A stretch of 64,000 bases of DNA, taken from contig NC_042998.1 of the NCBI RefSeq assembly GCF_006345805.1, positions 177,382,001 through 177,446,000 on the forward strand. Reading direction: 5' to 3'. The stretch's first letter is position 1. The number at the start of each line of letters is the position of its first letter. The notes beneath the pieces are model-generated. The model was not told where the DNA came from. It made no database searches and worked only from the letters and a program-made list of their open reading frames with translations. This DNA is from Octopus sinensis. Its lineage: Eukaryota. Shown in pieces: positions 24,978 to 34,767 of this stretch. The translations under genes were made by a program, and so were the position numbers.

Positions 24978-25246
24978 ACAACTTATAAATAAGGGCAAAC
25001 GAAAAAATTTACCATATAATTTTTTTCCCAGTATGCATGCTACTCAAAAAAAGGTCGACAGAAATCTCTAAAAAATTCCATCATTACCATATCGGACCGA
25101 TTTCAGGGTTAGTTCAAAAAGAACCCTCCCTTCATCAGTGTAGCGTGTGTACTGGGAAAAAAATTATATGGTAAATGGACAATATGTCCAATTTTCGGCA
25201 TATTTGGCATTAGAAATTTTTTCGTTTGCCCTTATTTATAGGTTGT
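24978..25246. mobile_element. Inverted-repeat element with a hammerhead-like core (putative Penelope-derived)
   Basis: 24978-25010 pairs with 25214-25246 (1 mismatch) and 25010-25033 pairs with 25150-25173. Minus-strand CTGATGA-A-stem-GAAA-TCGGTC at 25138-25095. Confidence 0.6.
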
Positions 25247-25361
25247 TTATAATTTAACCTTTAAAGGTATTTTTTAATATGCTGGCCATTGATAAAAATT
25301 TTTTTCAAAAAAATTTTATCCTACATTAGATATATAAGACAATAAGATGACAAAGGAATAA

Positions 25362-25588
25362 ACAATTATCTCATGAATGTCATTAGCTTACAGCCATTTC
25401 TGCATTAAGATGCAAAAGACTCATAGTTGAGTCGAGCTTCTAGCTTCAATGGAAAATCAAATATGAATTGCACTTCATATTTCAGGCTCTGATGAAACAA
25501 TAAGGTATTACTCAAGCACTCAACTATGAGTCCACAGCATTTTACAACAGAAACACCTGTAAGCTAATGACATTCATGAGAAAATTGT
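25362..25588. repeat. Nested inverted-repeat (fold-back) element
   Basis: 32-bp arms 25362-25393/25557-25588, 15-bp perfect arms 25418-25432/25518-25532, and an inner hairpin at 25461-25480. Confidence 0.85.
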
Positions 25589-25807
25589 ATATTCATCTGC
25601 ATTCTTATTTTCTTATTACCACCCTATCTTCAACTAATGCTTCATTCTCACATATGTATCTTGTGTTTCACACCAGAGAATTAGTCTCGCAATGACTAAG
25701 CAAAATATCAAAATACATATGTATACTAATAATAATAATAATATATATTTATGTATGTATGTATGTATGTATGTATGTGTATATATATATATATATATAT
25801 TATGTCA

Positions 25808-25886
25808 GGTCACTTTCAAGTGCTACTAGTAACATGTAACCCAGTACAACCTGTTGCATGGTCGGGTCGTCGGCGACTAAACCGGC
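25808..25886 (+). ncRNA. HDV-like self-cleaving ribozyme motif (degenerate) at the 5' end of a retroelement
   Basis: Element order is P1 GGTCAC, J1/2, P2 CCAGT, P3 ACA, L3 ACCTGT, P3' TGC, P1' ATGGTC, GG, P4 TCG-TCGG-CGA, CTAA, P2' ACCGG. There are three A-C mismatches. Confidence 0.6.
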
Positions 25887-26358
25887 AACCCCACCAAGCT
25901 TGCTTGGTGAGGAGGGTGTTTATTGGACACCCTGCGGGATGAAAAACAAAACCCGTCAAGGGGCGGAGTAACTCTTGAGAGTCAACGGCCATCCAATAAA
26001 TGTCTTAAGGCTGTATCATGCGCGGGGACATAGAAATAATCGGACTGAATACCCGATCGCATGGTTAAACCATTGAGAGTGAAGGACTCCTAGCCTTTGT
26101 TAGGGCATCCTTCTAGGAGAAGGTAACTCAGGTAGCTGGGATAACTCCGACATAAACCTGCGGCTCAGTGGTTACCGATGATGTTGACTTGTTCTTCTTT
26201 TCGGATTATGGCTGCTGTTACTTAGTGAATGGGATTGACTCAGTGCACAGCCTTTCCTCACATTAAAAAAAATCTTCTTGCACAGGCATTGCATGATAAC
26301 AACATTGATTAAGCTTCGTGCAATGGCCATACTCGATAACGAGGGGGCAGCCACCACC
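25808..26358 (+). mobile_element. Non-autonomous bipartite RTE derivative (5'UTR plus short 3' end) in (TA)n
   Basis: CpG-rich structured leader with no ORF. The 3' end ggccatactcgataacgagggggcagccaccacc resembles the LINE 3' end at 44855-44890. (TA)n on both sides. Confidence 0.6.
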
Positions 26359-26608
26359 ATATATATATAGTTATATACACACAAATACACACACATACAT
26401 ATATATATATACATATTTACCTATGTACCTCTATGAACGTACATACGTGTGACTGTGTGTGTGTGTGTGTGTGTGTGTGCGTGCGCACAAATACAGAGAA
26501 AGCATTATAAATGTAATGGTGAAACAGAAGTGCTGAAGTAGAAACAATGTGCAGAAATAGAAATGAATAAGTCATCAATAATATTGATTATATATATGTA
26601 TATATATA

Positions 26609-26835
26609 TCATCATCATCATCGTCGTCGTCTAACATCCGCCTTCCATGCTAGCATGGGTTGGACGATTCTGACTGAGGGCTGGCGAACCAGATGGCTGC
26701 ACCAGGCTCCAATCTTGATTTGGCAGAGTTTCTACAGCTGGATGCCCTTCCTAACACCAACCACTCCGAGAATGTAATGGGTATTTTTACATGCCACTGG
26801 CACGAGGGCCAGTCAGGCGGTATTGGCAGCGGTCA
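26609..26835 (-). mobile_element. RTE 3'-tail copy
   Basis: (CAT)n followed by ccatgctagcatgggttggacg...cagctggatgcccttcctaac. Confidence 0.9.
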
Positions 26836-26844
26836 CAGAAAATC

Positions 26845-26850
<6 letters not shown>

Positions 26851-26894
<44 letters not shown>
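26851..26894. repeat. (TA)n microsatellite (representative of more than 20 TA/CA/CT/ATG tracts)
   Basis: Seen directly in the sequence. Confidence 0.95.
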
Positions 26895-26898
<4 letters not shown>

Positions 26899-27166
26899 AG
26901 AGTGGTCATATAAGAGAGTGGTTATAAAATATTATAAAATATTATAATAATCCAGGTTTCTCGGAGCACTAGGCCACTTGGTGTTGAATAGATATACTAT
27001 TAAATTAGTATCTAATTCTCTCACCCTTATTAATTAATTATATATATATATCATCATCATCATCGTTTAACATCCTATTTATCTATATATATATATCATC
27101 ATCATCATCGTTTAACATCCTATTTATCTATATATATATATCATCATCATCATCATCGTTTAGCAT

Positions 27167-27201
<35 letters not shown>

Positions 27202-27712
27202 TCATCATCATCGTTTAACGTCCGTTTTCCATGCAAGTGTGTGTATATGTTTGTGTGTCTGTGTTTGTCCTTCCAACATCATTTGACAACCGATGCTGGT
27301 GTGTTTATGTAACTTAGCAGTACAGCAAAAGCGACTGATAGAATAAGTACTAGGATTACAAAGAATAAGCCCTGTGGTTGATATGCTCAGCTAAAGGCGG
27401 TGCTCCTGCATAGCCTCAGTCAAATAACTGAAACAAGCAAAAGAATAAAGGAATATATGTATGTATATGTGTGTTTGCACCCCAACCACTGCTTGATAAC
27501 CAATGTTGCTGTGTTTATGCCTCCATAACTAAGCCATCTGGCAAAACACAGCAATAGAATAAGTACCAGGCTTACAGATAATAAATCCTGGAGTCAATTT
27601 CTTTGACTAAAGGCAGTACACCAGCATGGCTGCAGTCACATTATCGAAACAATTCAAACAATAAAAAAAATATGCCATTTTAATCCCGATCAACACTGGT
27701 TATCTCTGCTAT

Positions 27713-27764
<52 letters not shown>

Positions 27765-28441
27765 ATAATAAATATTAGGGAATAAATCCAAATTTATATA
27801 TCAGTCTATAGCTCTACTTCTGATCAGTTTCCCACTCCTGGTATCACTTTTCTTTCTTGCTGTCCAGAACCATACTCTCTTGGAAATCCCCACCTGCTAC
27901 TACTCACTTTGTACCTCGAGGTACCACCTGGACACTTCATCACCACTATTTTCTCTTTGGGAACACCAGCAGTTCATTTTCACTTTGTTAAATGTGAGTA
28001 GCCATGTTGCTTCTCAACAACATGAACCTGCGCTATCCTAACCTCTTCTCTCATACAATAACCACTATGTAACATAAGGACATTCTCCTTGCTCCATTCC
28101 TTGGGTTTTGTAGATTCGCAAGCTTTATGATAACCTCAATAGAGCCAATGGTACAAAACAAGTACCCAGTACTCAATATCAGGTGGTTGGCATTAGGAAG
28201 GGCATGCAGCCATAGAAACCATGCCAAAGCAGACACTGGAGCATAATGCAGAACTCTGAACCACTGGATCCTTGTCAGACTACCCAACCTGATGCCAGCA
28301 TGAAACATGGATGTTAAATGATGATGATGATGATTATAAATGTGTCTGTATCCCTTCTTTCCTGAGCGTCCAATAATACTTTGTTTGTTCCACGCCCTCG
28401 CGTTGCTGTGTTTTTTTGTGTTTTCTTGTTTGGATTAACTA

Positions 28442-28500
<59 letters not shown>

Positions 28501-28526
28501 ACACAAACAAACACACACATATATAT

Positions 28527-29757
28527 AAAGAGTGTTCAGGTTAAATTTGATGATTTATTTATGTCTCCATTTATTAGGAACAGCTTGATGAACAGTCAAT
28601 GGCATTGGTAAGCATAAAGATTAAAAGTTGTAGTTGAGAAAAAGTTAGCTAACATGGAGGACAGGAAGACATGTGAATATTGGAAAAGTGTTACTTGTAT
28701 CATAATGATTTGTACTGGTTATCAAAATGCTGACATCTGCTTAATGCCATATGAGCATTTTGCTGCTCAATGATCAGTGACATTGTAAAGGCTATGAGAC
28801 ATAATATGGACAGTTGCATATTGACTATGAAGCTGTGACCAACAGGAAGGAACACAGCAAGTGTCTGCACACCAGAATTCATCCAACAACTGCACAACAA
28901 GGTGATAGAAGATCCAAGAAAGGGAATCCAGGCTTTAGTGAAAGAGATGAGTGTTGGAGTCACCACCAAGATAGGCCTGAATGAGGACCTTCACTACTAT
29001 CCGTACAAGAGGCTATTCCATAGCCAAAGCCAAGGAGAACCACTTGATAAATGCAAAGAAGTTTCTAAATAAGTTTAGGCATCCTGTTGGGCCAGGGATG
29101 ATCTGATTCTTCTCAAATCAAATGAACTTATGGCTAGATCAATTGCACAACACCCAGAACAACAGATGGCTTGCCTACAATTCATGTGATGTCCCACATA
29201 TGAAACCAAATTCCAAAAACTGTGACAACCTTTGGGTGTGTCTCCAGTGTTGGTAACACAATGCCAACCCACATCTTTGAACAAGGCCTCAGACGGCTAC
29301 GTGAAGCTGCTGAAGACTATGGTCAAACCCTTGCTGAAGAGGGTTGCTGCTGGAAGGCCATATGCATGGCAGCAGAATTCAATCCTTTGCCATCCCTCAG
29401 GAAAGAGTCAAAAGTGGTTGTTGGAGAATTTCACCAGCCCTAATTTCTGAACTTCTAAACCCCTCAATTGTAATCCCATCGATTAATATATTTGAAATGT
29501 GGTTAAGAAAGACACCAACCACCCTAACTGCAATGCCAAGGCCAAGCTGATAGCCAAGATCAAGGAGGTATTTGAATATCTTCCCAGGGACACATGTAGG
29601 AATGCATGTGCCAGGTTCAAGAGTCATCTTGAGGGTGTGATGGAAGCTGAGGGTAGCTACTTTGAGTAAACTGATTTCTTTTTAAATACTTTTATTTTGG
29701 ATGGGGTATTGTTTTTCTTTTCCTTTTATGCAAACTGGTAAATTTAACTTGAATACA
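28527..29757 (+). mobile_element. Decayed maT-type Tc1/mariner element
   Basis: Remnants VKPLLKRVAAGRPYAWQQNSILCH and NPSIVIPSINIFEMW (P(L)NCNPID.Y.W). TIR-like ends gtgttcaggttaaattt / aaatttaacttgaatac. Confidence 0.78.
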
Positions 29758-29859
29758 TATATACATCATCAATATATATATATATATAGTCAATATATCA
29801 TATATCTAACAAAGAAGCACACTCAAAAGCACAGAGCAGTAATGTATTAAAAGTAACTG

Positions 29860-30034
29860 AGTCTACATCTGGCCATAGTGACCAATAGTTCTGCATCCAC
29901 AAAGGCTTTAGCCTAGTGGATGTCTTGTCAGATTCTAAAACCAAAGACTTTATTTAGAGTCTGACAAGACGTCCACAAGGCTAAAGCATTTGTGGATGCA
30001 AAACCATTGGTCACTCTATGACCGGACATAGACT
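29860..30034. repeat. Fold-back element with ~80-bp arms and a ~13-nt loop
   Basis: The left arm agtctacatc...gattctaaa matches the reverse complement of the right arm tttagagtc...catagact. Most differences are transitions. Confidence 0.9.
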
Positions 30035-31359
30035 TAATTAATTTTAATGTGTGTGTGTCATCATCATCATCATCGTTGTTTAACGTCCGCCTTCCATGCT
30101 AGCATGGGTTGGACGAGCATATATATAAATATATATATATAATATATATATATATACAGGCATACCTCACCCTACATCATTAATTGGTTCCAGGAGATAA
30201 GTTGAATTAACTTGTCTCTAGGCTAAACCAATAATAACCATTCCCAGTTCTGTACTTTATTTATGAATGCATTTTCAATAATACAGGGTTAATAAAAACT
30301 TATTTTAAGCTTACAAACAAATATTTTTTTTTTCAATACAGTACAGTAAAAAAAAAAATTACCCAAATTTACTAAATTTATGAATATAATTTGGCGGTGT
30401 TTACCGTACATTGCAGACTATATGTGAATGTGGTTTGCAATAAGACATGGTAAAATAAAAGCCTTTTTAAAGTTTAAAAAACAAATTCTGTAAATTATTA
30501 TTATTTTGTAATTGTAAAAAAAAAAACTAAATTATTTTAAATTTACCAATACATAAATAAGACAACACAGCTGATTTCATGATTTCATTCACTAAGCTAC
30601 ACTACTTTATGGTGTGTATCTTAACATTTACTGTATGTATTTTATTTGATTTTATATGTTTTTATTTTTATTCATTGTACAGTAACATGATTTTATGTGC
30701 TTTTAACAGTTATCTGGTGATTTTATGATTCTGATATTTGTAATGGACAGATGAAAAGTCAAGTAAAATGACTTGATTTTTATTTTTCCATTTATTTTTC
30801 TTGAAAACTGACTTAAAATCGAGAACAACTTAAATCAAAACGACTTAAGCCACAGTATGCCTCTCTCTCTCTCTGTATATATATATATATATATATATAT
30901 AACTCCAAGAAAGTTAGGGGTTGTGAATTCAACCCACTAAGGGATAATATCTATTCAATATACCCAATTATTAATACACAAGCGTTTTTTATTGCAATGT
31001 TAGAAATGCATTTAAGTGTCAAAAAGAGGGTGCCACTGAGCTGATAATGGTGTATTTATTCCTTACCAGAAGTGAAAATTTTCTTTTTCACAGTTAACTA
31101 TAGTGAAGTTGCATTTAGAAGTTAAAATATGTGACATATTTGAATTGACCTATTTTTATTTTTATTTATTTATTTATATATATATATATATATACACACT
31201 CGTATTTTGATTTCTATTTTCTTGCTTGTATCACCAAACCTATATATATCAGCATCATCATCAGTCATTTAACAACCACCTTCCAGGCCGTTGAACAGTT
31301 TGACAGGAGCTCGTAAGTCAGAAGACTGCACCAAGCACTGACATCTCACATATAGTGAG

Positions 31360-31416
31360 ATTTCATGTTCTCAATCATTATAGACAGTCTAAGTCTAATG
31401 ATTGGGAACATGAAAT
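31360..31416. repeat. Short hairpin (24-bp stem, 2-nt bulge, 7-nt loop)
   Basis: atttcatgttctcaatcattatagac-agtctaa-gtctaatgattgggaacatgaaat. Confidence 0.85.
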
Positions 31417-32628
31417 TCAAGTAACTACAAATGAAATGCCAGCTGCACAATAACCATAAATAACTCTTGCTCCTCGGTATGGAGTGCTGTTTAGAACTTC
31501 TTGCCTGTAGCTACGCACACACACACACACACAAATGAAGTGTTGTAGATTAACTTTTTGATAATCTCACTTACTAACTAGTGACATAGGTGGTCTACAG
31601 CTAGTAGTTTTCTCAGTAGAATATTTTCTATTAAACTTATTCAACAATACCTACTTCAACTCTTCTGTGCATAGTTAACCAGCCAACCATGACATATTTT
31701 CTTCATTGCTTAGTTAGAGAAAGAAGGACAGCAACTATGACTGTTCCAAGTAAACCTGTATACAGAGACATAACTTTGACCATCACATCACTTATAAAGA
31801 CACAGAGAGCCTAGAACTACATTATTCAATGTCTTCCCTTTTTTTTCTTTTACTTAGCACTAGCAGAGGTGCTTTTAATGTGGTAACAGCATGGGAACAC
31901 CTGTGAGCTTGCAAGACAAGGACCTCTTAACTGTGAGAGGGAGTAGAACTGAGAGATTAGAGTATGATAAAGGGATTTTGTGACTTTAGAGAAATTTGAC
32001 CGCTATAAATGGAGCCCTTTTTCTTTGTTACTTCCACATATTCAATTCACTTAACTAATGTCCTTAAACTCACATTTTTTTCTGTATAGTATAAAGGTTA
32101 CAAAAATATATGTAGTCTTACTAAATAGAAAACAGTCATCAGTTACACAAAGATTATTTTCAGCATGAGTAAGTTAAAAATCAAACATATGAACGTATGA
32201 ACAGAACAAACAAAAATTTGAGAAAAAAAACAAACTCGATAAAACATATCTTACCATTAGAAGTAAGGCGATATATGCGATATGTCTGTAACATGTGCAT
32301 GTAGTCACTTATCTGCAGCATATCAAAGCTTTAACCACATTATCACAAAAAATCTGGGTCACTGTATATGCATAAAACAATTTTTTTCACTAGACTTAAG
32401 ACATGTCAAGTCTATGTCTCTCCTAAACTAGATGTTAATGACAGGGCACAGCATAAGCACAACCTGGTATCAATAAAAGAGACTCAAAAACTGGTTCAAA
32501 GACTCAGAGTATATTGCTCATTTGCTATGTCAGCTATCTCAAAGCTTCTCCCAAGACACTCCTATAGAACACCACTCTATATCCCCACTGTACTACTTAT
32601 ACTACCCCCTATTCACTATGGGCAGGCC

Positions 32629-32670
<42 letters not shown>

Positions 32671-33966
32671 CTCTCACTCTCTCTCTCTCTCACCTTCCTC
32701 TCCTTCCTTGTCCTACTTATGTAGCCAAATATCTCCTTGATTGTAAGTAGGCTACCTCTGTTCATCTATCATACTCTAATCTCTCCCTCTCACAGCTGAG
32801 AGGTCCTTGTCTTGCAAGCTTATAAGTACTAGTGCCATATAGAAAGCTCCCCTGCTGGTTCAACACTAAAAGCACCCCTGTTGGCACTAATTAAAAAGCA
32901 CCCATGCTGGTGCCAAATATTAAGCAATTGTCCTGGTGCCATGCAAAAAGCACCCAGTACACTGTGTAAAGAAGTTGGCATTTGGAATGGCATCCAAATG
33001 TAGAAACCTTACCAAAACAGGCAAATGGAGCCTGATGCAGCTCTCTGGCTTGCTAACTCCTGTCAAACTGTTCAACCCATGCCATCATGGAAAATGGACA
33101 TTAAATGATGATGATGTTGCAGGAATCTCTCATTGTGGAGGGAACCTGTAGAAAAGGTAGACCCAGGATGACATGGGACAAAGTGGTGAGAAATGATCTT
33201 CAGATGTTGAGTCTCACAGGGGAGATGACAAGGAACCAAAAAATATGGTGATTTGCTGTGCTGAAGAAGCTAAGTAAAATCATACATTCAGGCATGTCCT
33301 TTACAGTCATGCCCAACCACCATCACCACCACCACACACACATTGTTCCCAGTCAAAACTCCTCCACAGCCCATCTTCGCAATACACCCTTCCCTCTACC
33401 AATGACCGCCACCCACTGCAGGCCCCTCAACTCTCCCCAACATGCCAACCTGCACACACTCTCCATGCTCTCACATTTACCATAGCACCCTCCCCCAGCC
33501 ACTCCAATTTCTCTCACCATCACCAGCTTCAGACACCTCTTCTTTGATTCTAAACATTTCCCCTAATACTCTTACAGAGCATCACCCTCTATCCACTCTG
33601 TACCACTTATATTCACCACCACTGTACCTTGTGGTTATCTAGTACATCCCCAACGTTATTTCGCTCTTTCACTCTCTCTAACTCTATCTTCCTTCTTTCT
33701 TTTCCTACTGAGGTAGCAAAGTATCTCTTCTATAGTAAGACACCTATCTCTATCCATCTGTTATACTTTATTCACTCAACCGGACCTAAGTCACCTCCCT
33801 CAGTACAACTCCCTCTCCTAGACAAGGAGTCTTTTTCTTGCAAGCTACTTGGCAACCCCACTGGTACAATGTAAAAACACTATAGTAATGGCGCCACATA
33901 AAAAACACCCAGAACACTGTAAAGTGATTGGTGTTAGGAAGGGCATCCAGCCACAGAAACCAAGTA

Positions 33967-34346
33967 CCATAAATACTCGAGTATAGTCTGCCCTTGAGTA
34001 TAATACGCAGAGGATTTTTAGGGGACTGTACCCTGGAAAACCTAAACCTTGTGTATAATACGCACCCCTTCTCTAACTTGAGTCAAGGAAGTCTATATAA
34101 CGTCCTTGGTTTGTAAAAATGTATACGGTAATGTCCTTTATTATTATTGTATATTTTTTTTTCTTTACTTGTTTCAGTCATTTGACTGCGGCCATGCTGG
34201 AGCACCGCCTTTAATCGGGCAACTCGACCCCGGGACTTATTCTTTGTAAGCCCAGTACTTATTCTATCGGTCTCTTTTGCCGAACCGCTAAGTGACGGGG
34301 ACGTAAACACACCAGCATCGGTTGTCAAGCAATGCTAGGGGGACAA

Positions 34347-34409
<63 letters not shown>

Positions 34410-34767
34410 GATGGGCTTCTTTCAGTTTCCGTCTACCAAATCCACTCACAAGGCTTTGGTCGGCCCGAGGCTATAGTAGAAGACACTTGCCCAAGGTGCC
34501 ACGCAGTGGGACTGAACCCGGAACCATGTGGTTGGTAAACAAGCTACTTACCACACAGCCACTCCTGCGCCTAACATAATGCAAACGTGTAGCTTTTTTG
34601 TGCATTTTGTTTGCAGAAAATAAAGAAATATTTGCCGGACAGCAAATAGAGACTCGAGCATTGCTTAGAAAATAATTTTCAGTTTTAACCTTGTATATAG
34701 TATGCACTAGGGATTTTGACCTTTAAATTTTGGGGAAAAAATGCAGATTATACTCGAGGATTTACAG
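33967..34767. mobile_element. pogo/Tc2-like MITE with TA TSD, carrying a SINE A insertion
   Basis: TA|CCATAAATACTCGAGTATAGTCTGC ... GCAGATTATACTCGAGGATTTACAG|TA. Confidence 0.75.
34161..34571 (-). mobile_element. SINE family A, full length and young
   Basis: CpG-rich near-consensus copy with internal (TA)n. Confidence 0.92.
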
